Positions 1-49,585 of a stretch of DNA of 64,000 nucleotides are shown here, piece after piece. The translations under genes were made by a program, and so were the position numbers. Source of the stretch: Tubiluchus corallicola (taxonomy: Eukaryota > Animalia > Priapulida); assembly GCA_030141605.1 (NCBI GenBank), contig JAQGDQ010000579.1:62001-126000 (forward strand), written 5' to 3'. Each line of letters begins with the position of its first letter. The stretch's first letter is position 1. The notes beneath the pieces are model-generated. The model was not told where the DNA came from. It did not search any database and saw only the letters and a list, made by a program, of their open reading frames with translations.

Positions 1-499
1 TAACACAGTACCCAAACGAGTAGACGGCAACTAGCTGGTACAGGTAGACGTACCAAGAAAGTGACTAGGTACAAAACGTCCACTTTGGTAGTAGTTGCGG
101 TCTACAAACCAGTGAAAAACCAAAGCATCAAAATGAAGCTTCAGTTTTTAACCACCGATTTTTTGTACTCAAAGTTCTTAACATCGCTTAAGGAGACTCT
201 ACTCCTACGATTCACCAAACTCGCCTCGAAGCAACGAAATCGTTCTTGCTCTTGACTTTACCCACCCAAGTCGTTAAATCATTCTCAAACACGAAAGTAG
301 AAAGTCAGGCTTTTTGTCTGCGCACAGCCAGCCCTCTTATCTTCTAATACATTCAACTCCTGTTACTGGTACCAGTCTAAATATCGCATCAACACTTTGC
401 TCTTTTCAGTGGGAAGCAGACAAACTGTCGCTAATTTACAACAGTTCTCATATACGGCAAACTAAAGCGGCAAAAACAACTTCGTTGCAAATTCACATG

Positions 500-3096
500 T
501 TTCTAGTGTCCAATGCAAAAATCTTTTATTGACACCAAAGCTGTATAAACACAAGAAACTAGTTGAGGTTAGAAACACAAGGCATGCGAGATGACACGGT
601 TCGACGAAAGAAGTGTCTGTCTGGCAATATTTTTTTGTTTTAAATATATTTTATGTAAACTGTGTACAAAGAAGACTAATGTCTGTGTTAAATTAACCAG
701 TCAACCTCACTATGTTTAACATTATTCATTCACAAATCTGGTGTCAATAAAAAAACTGCGGAGTACCGAAACTAGACATGGAAACACTAAGACAGAATTG
801 TGCTTTAGTACAATCTGTCATACACCACTTCACAATGAACTGATCTTAGATTTTGTGAAGCTTTTTTGTAACATCAAATCATATTTAATAAGCCAGACTC
901 TTTTAAACATCGCAGACTAGATTCGGATGATGCCGCAGCAACAAGGGTGTCGTGCAGTACCTCACCAGAGACATCATAAGCAGATTTCACACAATCGATT
1001 TAAATGAGACTGGCCCGCTAAACATGAATTGTGACGGGAAGCTTTAGGCCAATAGAGCTGAAATCTTCCCTCCCCATTCGCCAACATTTCATGAAATGAC
1101 GATGACTAAAAATGAACAATATTTACAGGATGGCACAACTCACACACGACTGTCCATTCAGATTTCATATATCACACAGCCACCTTTTCTTTCCATTAAT
1201 CCTACGTACGATCAGCGAACTCACAATCCTCTCAATACGAACACGCATCAAACATCATGAACGTCGACAAATTCCAATGACAAGTAGTACAGCACAATAA
1301 TAATATGTACACACGACGGGAAGGGCTGCAAGATTGCTCGTTTTGCATTCCAATTCTTTAATTTTTTTGCACTTTAAAGAGCCTTCTTGATTCAATTAAA
1401 ACAGCAAAACTCTTGCAAAAGTAGCACCCACCATAGTCAACACTATACTACATGTCCAATACCAGCCACGTGTGAATTGGAAAAACATGAGCGTGAAACG
1501 ACAGCGCAAATGATATCAAAAATAGATTACAAAACTAGTCTATGATCTAGTAGCCCAATCATACAAGCCTGCGTGTGTAATATTTACACTATTTTACGTA
1601 AAATAGGAAATTTAGAATGCTGCACACAGCAGTATGATGACACAGTATTTGCTTGCGAATAAATTAAGTCGTTTTTTACATTTAATTTACTGAAACTCTG
1701 TTAAGTGGTGGAAATTAAGCTGTCAGCCATTTTTGCACCACAACATACACGCTGTTCATAATCAACAATTTCTTATCAATTCTGCGTCCATTAGTCAATT
1801 CCTTTACATTTGTTAAAAGTTCAAATCAATTCTACATCTCAAACATTCCTCATCAAGCCAAGTTATGCTAGTTGAAAAAAAATCAAAGTTGCTTGTGCGA
1901 GGAAAAAACGGCGACTGCACCATGACTGGGCTACTAGACTGTACACGATTCTCAGCAAAATGCGGCTTTTCGTTACCAAGCCGACGGCGGAGAAATGTAA
2001 ACGAAAGTATTTACAACGAGGTGATAAACAGTGTCACCTGGTGAGCAAAAAGGCATTGACTGCGAATGTCTAAGCATTAGCAATTCACCATGTAAACAGC
2101 TCTATGATTTCCTAATAAAAAATTAAAACACAGAAAGCTTATTAATGTAATTTTAAGCTTCCTGAATTATTCAGCAATGCAAGACATTCCACTAAACGAG
2201 ACTTTGGGCAATTATTGCTAGTGTCCTACAAAGACATTTGCCTAATATTTAACAGTAACAATAGCCAATCATCATAGTTCTGATGGCACTCACTTCCATA
2301 TTTAACTGCCCAACTCTCGATAATTTTGAACAAGTATGCAAAAAATGCAGGAATATCTTGCATTATTGAAAAATCAACATCTTTAACTGTTGTTCACAAG
2401 TACCGTTAAATTTCACATATCTGAGCAGAAAAGTAGCTTCACATTCTGCAGGCAAAAACATCTTTTTAACTTCGAATACCGGAAATCTTCATCTTGGTCA
2501 TTCTGGTCCAAATAATGGAAATCTTTATCTTGGTCGATCTGGCGTTACCTTTTCAGGCAACTATTACATAAATCCAGAATGATTTCATTCAATTTAAAAG
2601 AAGAGTGCGGCAGAGACAGAAATGCAAGATTGCAATCGCTCAACACATATAACATTTTGTACTTAAATTCTACCTGCGATTTCGCAGAAATGTAACTTTG
2701 TGGATACCAAATAAAACAAGTTTATACAAAGTGGCAGTCGAACCGACGCCCGCTTTCAATTAGACGAATCCCCCCCTCTTATTATTCTCTAAACTTTGTA
2801 ACTAAGATACATCATTTTAACACAGCATCTTGCAAACATAAATTGCTTAAATGCCTTAAAGGTATCCTACATCAGGAAGTCGACAGATAGACATACAGAA
2901 GCAGTAGAAATCAGTGAAGTACTGACAGCCGCCGACGTTTTTTTGCTGCCGATTTGATGAAAGCACCATCACAAGTCTTTTGAGTCGTGAAGAAAATCAG
3001 CAAGATCGGTGAATACTGCTGAATCCAGCATCGCATGCAATGCCTTTTGCTCGTGGTCAAAGTCTTAGCAATAATTTACAATGCAACTATCTTTTC
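500..3096 (-). other. DDX6: Probable non-coding last exon (long 3'UTR) of DDX6
   Basis: Donor AG/GTAAG at 5234, 21 nt after the stop codon. Strong acceptor TTTTCTTTTTCAG ends at 3097. Minus-strand AATAAA at 525-530. The 3' end position is approximate. Confidence 0.6.
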
Positions 3097-3119
3097 CTGA
3101 AAAAGAAAATACGAATTAA

Positions 3120-4909
3120 TAGAGGCTGAAGCCGAGTCAGTTGCTACAACATCAGCTGAGCCACACAGTAAATCAGCTAGCCTGACTGATGCTGAGTCAG
3201 TTGCTACAACATCAGCTGAGCCACACAGTAAATCAGTTAGCCTGACTGAAGCTGAGTCAGTTGCTACTACATCAGCTGAGCCACACAGTAAATCAGCTAG
3301 CTTGACTGAAGCTGAGTCAGTTGCTGCTACACCAGCTGACTCACACAGTAAATCACCTAGCTTGGCTGAAGCTGAGTCAGTTGGTACTACATCAGCTAAC
3401 TCGCACAGTAAATCAGCTAGCTCGGCTGAAGCTGAGTAAGTTGTTACTACATCAGCTGACTTACACCGTAAATCAGCTAGCTCGGCTGAAACTGAGTCAG
3501 TTGCTACTACATCAGCTGACTCACACAGTAAATCAGCTAGCCTGACTGAAGCCGAGTCAGTTACTGCTACATCAGCTGACTCACGCAGTAAATCAGCTAG
3601 CCTGACTGAAGCTGAGTCAGTTGCTGCTACATCAGCTGACTTACACCGTAAATCAGCTAGCTCGGCTGAAACTGAGTCAGTTGCTACTACATCAGCTGAC
3701 TCACACAGTAAATCAGCTAGCCTGACTGAAGCCGAGTCAGTTACTGCTACATCAGCTGACTCACGCAGTAAATCAGCTAGCCTGACTGAAGCTGAGTCAG
3801 TTGCTGCTACATCAGCTGACTCACGCAGTAAATCAGCTAGCCTGACTGAAGCTGAGTCAGTTGCTACAACATCAGCTGAGCCACACAGTAAATCAGCTAG
3901 CCTGACTGAAGCTGAGTCAGTTGCTACAACATCAGCTGAGCCACACAGTAAATCAGCTAGCTTGGCTGAAGCTGAGTCAGTTGGTACTACATCAGCTACC
4001 TCGCACAGTAAATCAGCTAGCTCGGCTGAAACTGAGTCAGTTGCTACTACATCAGCTGACTCACACAGTAAATCAGCTAGCCTGACTGAAGCTGAGTCAG
4101 TTACTGCTACATCAGCTGACTCACACAGTAAATCAGCTAGCCTGACTGAAGCTGAGTCAGTTGCTGCTACATCAGCTGACTCACGCAGTAAATCAGCTAG
4201 CCTGACTGAAGCTGAGTCACTTGCTGCTACATCAGCTGACTCACACAGTAAATCAGCTCGGCTGAAGCTGACTGACTTTTCAGCTGAATTGGCTTAAAGA
4301 AAAAATCACCTAAGTCAGCTAAAGCTGCGAATTTTTGTTAATTAAATAAATTATAAATTGTTAGTTAACTATTAATTATGGAGACAAATTTTTAAAATAA
4401 TTCGTATTGCTTATACACAGAAAGAGCTAATGCACAAATTCATATAATGCATTAGAGATGAATTTTTCATTATTATAAAAAAGGGTATGGATTTATTGCA
4501 AATATAATTTGAATCCAACTCTTGGCGAGGCTTATCTTGATTACCAAATCAAAACCAAAACACCAAAATGACCGATGCGTGTGACTAACGTTTCCTATTT
4601 GTGCATTTACTTTTGAATTGACCAGCTTTCTCGTTCAAAAATTTCTGAAGTTTAGTATTTCTGCCAGCACACGCACGATCTGACCGCGAATCTGCAATAC
4701 ATTTGCCATATTTCAACCAGTGATTTACAGTGTCACGTGATTATCGCAAGAGCGAAAAACCTTCGCAGCCGGCAAAAATGTTGGCTAGCTCGAATAGGAT
4801 CACTGAGCAGCTGAGCTGGTGGGACTAAAGCTGGGTTTCTTATTGGCTAGGTCGACTGTAGAAATAAACCAGACGGAGCTCAGATGAAACCGTGCGGTTC
4901 TGGGCTCTG
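3120..4909 (+). mobile_element. hAT-like non-autonomous element carrying an internal 60-bp satellite (copy 1)
   Basis: Begins TAGAGGCTGA and ends CTGGGCTCTG; 8-bp flanks CGAATTAA/CGAATAAA (7/8 match). The ~600-bp unique 3' part is homologous to 63085-63694. Confidence 0.75.
3121..4270. repeat. 60-bp tandem repeat, ~19 copies
   Basis: Unit CCTGACTGAAGCTGAGTCAGTTGCTACTACATCAGCTGACTCACACAGTAAATCAGCTAG stays in exact 60-nt register. Confidence 0.98.
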
Positions 4910-5255
4910 CGAATAAACTAAACTTTTAAGGAACTGCTATGGACTTGCACCCATTTCAATTCGTATCTCTATCTATGGTTATAAATAATTGGTGAAAGAA
5001 TAACCATCTTGAAGTGTCAGCTGCTGCACTTGTTGTTACTAGATGCTGCAATTATACGGCAAAATGACACGTCTCAATCATGAAGTCATACAGTAGGTGC
5101 CATTTATTAGATTAGCGGTTAACAGAATCAGTTGCTTAATTTATTATGAAAAGGCTTATTATTTCACAGCATATCAACCGTACAGCACAGCAATTTCTTA
5201 GTGCTACAGTAGCAGTCACAGTATTTCATCTTACCTATGTAATAACTATACAACT

Positions 5256-16982
<11,727 letters not shown>

Positions 16983-17410
16983 TGTGTGTAACTGTCAGGC
17001 GTTGCTGCTTATAGATTCCTGATTACTTCAAAGTCCTAATGATTGTGGCACTTGGCAATGTAATAGCAATTGGTCCTCCACTCAATGTTCAAACGTATAT
17101 TTATAAATCACTTGTTAATATAAAGTAGCATATATCTGACCTGAAAAAAAATAGATTCAGCTTCATGTTAGTTCAAGAAAATTAAATTTAGGCTTAGGTA
17201 TCATATGTGCAGGACTAGTAGTAAACTAAGAACTAACTTGAATGATTCATTAGCTTAGAAGTGACACCTAAGCATTGCTTGGGATATTACCAGACAATAT
17301 TTTATTCATGTGTCTGGGCTGGCAAATGCAGCTTGCGGCCTATTTACATTAAATAATTTGGGTATGACACACTTTCAAATAATTAAAATGATGAACAGAG
17401 GGAGAGAGGA

Positions 17411-17450
<40 letters not shown>

Positions 17451-17674
17451 ATTGGCTAAGAATGCTACAGATCACCCAGTCAGAGAGAGCACCTCATTCT
17501 GCTATCAATAATGGCGGCGTCTTGGCATTAGAGACTGGGAAAAAAGTAAGGAGAAGTTGATAATTTGAAAGAAAAATTGCATTTTATTCGTTTACTAAAT
17601 CATTTATCTTGGTAAATGGGGGTACAGCAAAAGGGTATGATGGGGCAGGAATATCGCCCTGAAAAGGCAAGTGC

Positions 17675-18344
17675 GGCGCTATTACACTTTCGCACCGCAT
17701 AGTTTTTTCTGGCCTATTGGTTGTTTTCACGCCTGCAGGCCAGAAAGCAGACCAACAGGCGTAATATACACCATATTCCCATAATATTATTGGTTTTTAG
17801 GCGTTACAATTCCAGATTAAAATCATACATTACTTACCGTCACCATCACGCAAAAAGCTGCACGTGAAGAACTGTGTTTACACCACTAATACGCAATCGC
17901 TCTCGCGCAGTGACGTATGTGGCCCTTAACCTGTATTTTTAGTTTCTTTGCATAATTTATGATTATTATGGTTGCAGCCACGGGAGTTTGTATCGTATTA
18001 CAGTGTTCCCACATATTAGATTATAAAAGTAAAGGTTTTTTCTTTATTTCGTAAATGCAATTAAGATAAAAGTGTGTCACGTGCCTTTTAAGCTAGGCCC
18101 TGATAATGCATAAACTAGTACGAAATACGTCACGTGACTACACACACAAACAAGATGGCGATACAAACTATATAGGTGTAGAACTGTGAATACAATGTAA
18201 TTATACCTAAATATATGATTAAATTACCACGAGATTAGCTTAAACATTCACTGATGACGTGAGAATAATAGAATAATGACCTACGAGCCTAGAAACGAGT
18301 AATAACCTAGAAAAAACTAGGCGGTGCGAAAGTGTAATAGCGCC
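17675..18344. mobile_element. Mutator/MULE-type MITE in DDX6 intron 1
   Basis: ~36-bp TIR GGCGCTATTACACTTTCGCACCGC(A/C)TAGTTTTTTCT; perfect 9-bp TSD GGCAAGTGC (17666-17674, 18345-18353). Confidence 0.9.
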
Positions 18345-18835
18345 GGCAAGTGCTGTTATCTGATTTTGCTTAATAGTAGTAATACCATCTATCGGATCAA
18401 GCTGGATTGAAACTGGAGACTACACTTGTTTACTAGCAGTGTTTTTATATCACAGTGATGCAACAAGTTTGGAGCTTCAAATTAGGTAAAAAATTGGTTT
18501 GAAAATTTTTTTAAGCAAGGACTGCAATTACTATTAAGCAAACTACCTTGCACAATCTTCCTTACTTAACAGCTCTGGAAATCGAAGCAAGAATGCTGCG
18601 TCAAGCATTTCGTCGAAAACTAAACTTCGCTAACAAAAAAGTTAATGACCACGGATTGGATCCACAACAGCAAAAAAAATTCGCCAAGTTATTTAGTCCT
18701 GAGCTAATACGATTTATCATTTTATCGTCCAACACAACCATTTTATGATTCACCTAGTGATGCAAAATACAACTCATCGCTGAACTCATGCATTATATCT
18801 ATAAAAATATAACGAAAAGGCTAGTGAGTTTTTAC

Positions 18836-18960
18836 CTTACACTCAATAAAACGGACGAACTCCGCGAAAAAAATACTATAATCTTTTCTTATGGCGGCGA
18901 TAGCTCCAGGGTATGAAATCACTATGAACTGTGAACCGGTAGTAGTCTTCGATCGCGTAC
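18836..18960 (-). promoter_or_regulatory. DDX6: Probable DDX6 promoter and non-coding first exon
   Basis: Exon 2 starts at an acceptor (17141-17143) upstream of the ATG, so a 5' non-coding exon is required. A donor AAG/GTAAAA lies at 18835, with a YY1-like GCCGCCAT motif at ~18891-18898 and locally raised CpG. Confidence 0.45.
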
Positions 18961-21900
18961 GTGCTGTCCTCTACGAAGCAAATAGAAAGTTAAAAATTAA
19001 AGCGCGAAAAAATTCTTTCGAATGAGCCAGAAACGACTTCCAGTCATGTTTTCAATCTCAGTAAGTTTTCCTGACAGCTGAAATTCTTCATGACTAAATT
19101 CCACCTAGACTGTCATTCATTAAAAGGAAAGAAAGGAAAAAATGTTAGCGTGGGTCTCAAAAAATCTTTCTATACAATGTTATTATACTTGGCATTACGC
19201 TTACCTGTTTGAAACACTATGTAACTGGAAAAGAAAATTCTTAGTAATTTAAAATGGTTGCTCCATGTGGTAAAACGTCACCGACTCGCTTAGCCGCACC
19301 ACAGTAACACCAAGTACATAATATTATTGATCTTTCTGACAAGGAAATACGCAATTTACGCTTTTGCTTAGTACTCGGAGTAGTTATGGGATCGTTTTTT
19401 TAGATTTAAGAATCATCGTTCTTATCCACTGCAAAAAATGTGTAAGGCATTATCAAATGTAGGCCTAGTGGAAATCGAAAGTACCTAATAACTATTGTAA
19501 TAGTTACCAGTGCAAGAGAGTGTTAGTTTTGTTTCCTTTGCCACGTTTACATTTTTCTTTATATCTTTGCAGGATGAGTCTTTAATTGCCAAAAGGGAAA
19601 GAAATTCCCCATATTGTTCAATGAAATCCTTTCGTGAAATATTGCATTAAGTAATTAAGTTGCATTAATTATTGTAAATTTCGATACAATTAACTGAGGC
19701 TAGGCCTAAAGTCTCTCTACGTTAACTTGCTTCAATGAGCATTTGGTCTAGCTTCTAATTAATGCTTTGTTTAATTGAAAAACATAAAAATCAACTGTAC
19801 TGATTCATGTGTAAGCAATTCTAACGACCTTCCCTGTAAATATCTGTCTAATGGCTCTGTACATATCATATAGTTCGTGAACTTTATATACCTTTGTCAT
19901 TCGTTTCTGCTAGGTACAGGTTATACTAATCCACCGGTTTCTCCTAACATATGCAAATAAAGTACGGTACTTTGCCATACGATATTTTTTATATTATATC
20001 AAAATATCTGTGGACATAGGCTGATTTTAAGAACTGTTTATAGAACTTTAGAACAGCTGTATTTTTATTGAGAATTAGCATCTTTAGAATGATTGCGAAG
20101 AGATGATGCCATTATCGGCCTAACTGCCATTAGTTTTCGATTTTTGGCGCAGTTTTTCGTTTAACTATAGTAAATAGATACGCACTTATATATCTGAATT
20201 AAACTTAAACCAATTCATAGGAATGCGAAGGTTGTAATGTAGGCCTATGCCATAATTACGCCGCTACAGGTTTTCGCTAACGATTTCACTTGAATCGTAG
20301 AAAAAACACGCCTATGTGATTAATACCTCACTAATAATTATTAAAATTTCAAGGTTAAATGTTTTCAAAATTTCAATCAATGGTGGAACAAGCCTACAAA
20401 TAATGAATTCTAAAAAACCAAGCGTTGTCAAAAAGACGTGTCTTTTCAATTATGAATCATGAATTATGAATTTATTCCACAGCAACTCAAACATACATAC
20501 AAGTTGATATTACATTGAAAAAAAAGGTAAAAAACTATGCGAGTTACTGTGAGGAGGAGGAAGGAGCATTGAGCTTTCGAATCCTCCTCCAGCTAAGTGA
20601 AACAATTGACAATTAACATTACATTTTCATCAGTTATAACGTAGATCAATTGTTTATGTTTATGTTTATTTCCAAAATCCCATGAATATTACATTGTTAC
20701 ATAACGTTACAAAGCAAACTGTTACTAATACAAAATGAAATAAAGTTTAAATTCGCCTGACATTGATATATCGGGTCAGGCCAAGAAGGTAGACTTGTAC
20801 AGGACTGAACAGAAGGCAAAATGGAAAGAAAATATGTAAAAAGTGCAAGAGAAAATAAGCAAAAAATGAAATACAAGGGTGATAGTAAGCTTACGGAAAT
20901 GACAATGAAAAGTGAATGAGATGATGATGAAAATGAAGATTAGATCCACATAAGAATGTAAAGAGAAAGACAGTCAGCTGATTCACAGCAGAAATCAGTA
21001 CGGAGTCATGATAGAGACAAAAATCTTAGTACTTCTATACTACAGACACGGCATTATAGAAGAAAGCTATAATCTCTTATCATTATGGAAACAATAATAA
21101 TCTTGTAGTGTAGAAGATACTATCTATAACAGTAAATATGACATTTGACAAGTAATTTTCTCAAAAAAAATCCACTCATAAAAAGGTTGCATCTGGAACC
21201 AGCCTTCGGGATTAGAGATCCTGAATCTTAAGCTTTCTTAGTTTCAGTGTAGATATGCCAATGACTATGCTTTTGATTTGTCAACTAGTAGTACACTAAC
21301 AATCATAGTAATGCAAAGAGTACGTAATAACTATAAAAAATAATTTTATCACGGCCATTATTTTCCCAGGAAATTGTAGGTCACTTAAATATTAAGCAAA
21401 ATGAAATTTCTTGAATTCTAGCTATTGTAACAGACAAGAACAAAAATAAAATTATAGAATGAGGTCATACAACCTTATAGAATGCACACAATCATGAATT
21501 CATACATTAGATGGGTTACCCACGTCTATACGCACGTAAAAGAAACGCATTGATTGGCTTTTCAGCCATCTAAGTCAAAATTCTTTGAGACAATTTGAAA
21601 GTAAGAAATTGTGATGAAAATTATTGCCTCTTTATTGGTGAATCAATTAATGTTCTTCTAAGAACAACATAACGTTCATGGAACATTAACCAGTTAAAGG
21701 TTTTGACTCATTTATAACAAGAACATTGTCCGTTTCAACAGTTTCATAAACAACCCACTATGTAATTCCAAAGCTGGGCCAGATTATGATTTTCTAGCTC
21801 CCTGGGCTATAGATACTTGTGATTCTGTGACGCTCTGGTCCACAGTGATAATTAACAAAAGCATGAATGTTGGATTCTTCAAATCAGTTTATTCAACTTC

Positions 21901-22164
21901 TACAAAATAATGCCAACATAAAGCCCACGCGGATGGGTGGAAGTCTAGCAAGACAAAAAAGAGGTGTGACCTCAATTCCTACACAACTGCGTCATTATAA
22001 TCAGGATCACCAGTGAGACAGTAGCAATGAGTTGGAATAATGGACAAGAAAAGAATTCCAGTGCATTATTACACAGTAGTTTTTAATTGAGCCTTTTTAA
22101 AGAGATAATTCAGCACACTTCTACTCTCGTTCTGTAGTAACTTTCCACAAGAAATTAATTTCAC

Positions 22165-22511
22165 CAGGGCCTATTTCAGCCTAAGCGAGGCTCGGGGCAG
22201 TGAGGCGTGTGAGGCCCTCTCTCATCGCCCAGAAAATTTTTGAACGCCGGAGAAGCATTTTCGAAGAGAAAATATAGAGTTATACAGTTGTTAAAGGAAA
22301 CAACAATTGAGAGAAAAACTGCTTTATTCTCAAGACCAGTCCTTAATATTTGTCAATACTGGCAAACGGCGCACCTGCGGCAAGAGAGAGGGAGAGAAGA
22401 GGCAGTATGTTCGCATAAAGCAAAAAAAATGTTACCTTGGTGCGAGGCCCACCTGGAGGGGGAGGCCCCGGGGAAGTATCCCCACTTCCCCCCCCCTTGA
22501 AATAGGCCCTG
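22165..22511. mobile_element. hAT MITE
   Basis: TIR CAGGGCCTATTTCA...TGAAATAGGCCCTG; 8-bp TSD AATTTCAC. Confidence 0.92.
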
Positions 22512-22953
22512 AATTTCACTTAATCTCTGGAGGCTCCTGGGCTGCAACCCACAAAGCCCATGATAGACAAGCTGTAATCTGCTATTACTGCTTTAACATT
22601 CTAATTTAGTGCTTCACTATTCTTTGAATATCCATCGTATTTTCAGTTCAGTTCTCTGCGGTTAATTTTTTTAACTAATTAGTAATTACTAGTAAAACCA
22701 AGTATCTTTAGTGCAACTAATTTAACCCGTTTCCTTTCAAAAACTAACGGACATTATCTTATCACATAAAAGTTTGCGACTATTAAGAAAAAAATCTGTT
22801 CTTAAAAAAAGAACAACTTAGCTACTGACCAATGGGTTTTTTGCTGCTCCTACTCAAATATTATTGCAATTTGCTACTCAACTAATGTAAAACGAATGTT
22901 GAGGACATAGATTGAATTAAATTGAATAATCCGGCACTGTTTCTGACGATGAC

Positions 22954-23395
22954 TAGGGGTGAGCATTCTCTACCAGAAAGCGAATTCGAATCGAACCGAA
23001 TTTGCGACTTTCGAATTCGAATCGAACCGAACTTCAGTGTTTCGAATTCGAACCGAATTCGAATTGAGATCGAAAGATTTTCGAGCAAGTTTTCGAACCA
23101 CCAGCAGAAATTAGTCTTACAAAGATCATGCATATCACTAGATTTTGTTCTGCAATAAAACGACTAGCAATTTCTTTAAAATTGTGTGCAGAAATCACAG
23201 CTAAATTATGTTAATTGCATGATGTTTCAATCGTTTTAGTGATAAAGAACATGTGTGATTGAAGTGCTGAATTATTCGAATCTATAGTATTGGATTCGAA
23301 TCGAGTTCGAACTACAAAAAAACTCGTTCGAATCGAATTCGGGCGTTCGAATTCGATTCGAATGTTCGAACGCGAATGTTTGATGCTCACCCCTA
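22954..23395. mobile_element. hAT (Ac-like) MITE with TTCGAA subterminal repeats
   Basis: TIR TAGGGGTGAGCAT...ATGCTCACCCCTA; 8-bp TSD ACGATGAC. Confidence 0.92.
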
Positions 23396-23495
23396 ACGAT
23401 GACTGCCAGTGTGCAGCAGAAATGTTGGATTTTTCTAAAAAAAAGTAAATAATGATACTAATAAAATAATTATATAGTAGATTTTTTTTATGAAA

Positions 23496-47785
<24,290 letters not shown>

Positions 47786-48579
47786 TTTGCTGATGACATA
47801 ACTATTTAGTTTCCTTTTTATTTATTTTTCTTTATATTTTACTGATAAAATCTGCTGACTCATTTGCATCTTAGAGACACACACGTGTCGTAAGGCGTAT
47901 TGCAAATGATTAAGACTAAAAGAAGCCAAGTTGTCCCTATTGTGGAAAGCTTCAAGGTTGTATGTATAGAAATACGTTCTTAATAAACAATGCGATACAT
48001 AAATAATAAACAACAATATAACAATAGTGAGAGTTTGGTGGCCAAGGTAAAACATTGATCAACTATTTATTAGTGTCACCATTAGGATAGCGAGAACAAT
48101 TAATAGAAATATGCGATAAAATAGAAACCATATAATAGTAGTGGATTTGTGGCAGGGAAAACATTGATCATCTATTTATAGTTCACCATTGGATAATGGA
48201 ACAATTAATGAAATACGTTCTTATTAAGCAATGCGATACATCAATAATAAACAACAATATAACAGTAGTGAGCGTTTGGTGGCCATGGCAAAACATTGAT
48301 CATCTATTAATTAGTATCATTATTAGGATAATGAGAACAATTAATAACAGAAAACCACAGAAAAACAATAGGCAATAACGCATAGGCTTATAGTCCTTGG
48401 CTTATACTTATTGCAGTAGGCATTATGCAGCAGCTTCTATGTGGCGCACACGAGGCAAAATTAGTCTTTAATAATTTGTCTGGCATTTTTGCTCGTGTGC
48501 GTGCTCGATAAATCCAGTTTTATGAACTTTATTAAACGTACTTAACTTTCTGGCTTTTCGCGCGTTCAAACGTAGAGAC

Positions 48580-49585
48580 TTCTCTCAGAACTTGTTGAGC
48601 AAAACTTCTCTCTGAGAGTAATGTTGCAACGTGCGAGCGGCTTAGCAACTTCTCTCGCAACTTGTTGCAACGTGTGAACGGTTTGGCAACTTCTCTCGCA
48701 ACTTGTTGCAACGTGTGAACGGTTTGGCAACTTCTCTCGCAACTTCTTGCAACATGTAAACGGTTTGGCAACTTCTCTCGCAACTTCTTGCTACGTGCGA
48801 ATGGCTTAGCAACTTCTCTCGCAACTTGTTGCAACTTGTGAACGGTTTGACAACTTCTCTCGCAACTTGTTGCAACGTGTGAACGGTTTGGCAACTTCTC
48901 TCGCAACTTGTTGCAACGCGTGAACGGTTTGGCTACTTCTCTCGCAACTTATTGAGCAAAACTTCTCCCTGAGAGTAAATATGCAACGTGCAAACGACTT
49001 GGCAACTTCTCTCACAACTTGTTGTAACGTGTGAACGGTTTGGCAACTTCTCATGTAATTTGTTACAGCGTGTGAAGGGTTTGGCAACTTCTCTCGCAAC
49101 TTGTTGCAACATGTGAACAGTTTGGCTACTTCTCTCAAAACTTGTTGAGCAATATTTCTCTCTGAGAGTAATGTTGCAACGTGTGAACGGTTTGGCAACT
49201 TCTCTCGCAACTTGTGAAGGGTTTGGCAACTTCTCTCGCAACTTGTTGCAACATGTGAACGGTTTGGCAACTTCTTGCTACGTGCGAATGGCTTAGCAAC
49301 TTCTCTCGCAACTTGTTGCAACGTGTGAACGGTTTGGCAACTTCTCTCGCAACTTGTTGCAACGTGTGAGCGGTTTGGCTACTTCTCTCGCAACTTATTG
49401 AGCAAAACTTCTCCCTGAGAGTAAATATGCAGCGTACAAACGACTTGGCAACTTCTCTCGCAACTTGTTGTAACGTGTGAACGGTTTGGCAACTTCTCAT
49501 GTAATTTGTTACAGCGTGTGAAGGGTTTGGCAACTTCTCATTTAATTTGTTACAGCGTGTGAAGGGTTTGGCAACTTCTCTCAGA
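48580..49585. repeat. ~41-bp tandem repeat with higher-order variants
   Basis: Unit GCAACTTCTCTCGCAACTTGTTGCAACGTGTGAACGGTTTG. Confidence 0.95.

Noticed and set aside
3121-4297. Regular palindromic repeats read as a CRISPR array, or Ser/Ala/Thr-rich ORFs read as a mucin-like gene
   Set aside because: Contiguous tandem units with no unique spacers, in a eukaryotic context with no cas genes; the ORFs are by-products of a 60-bp period inside a mobile element
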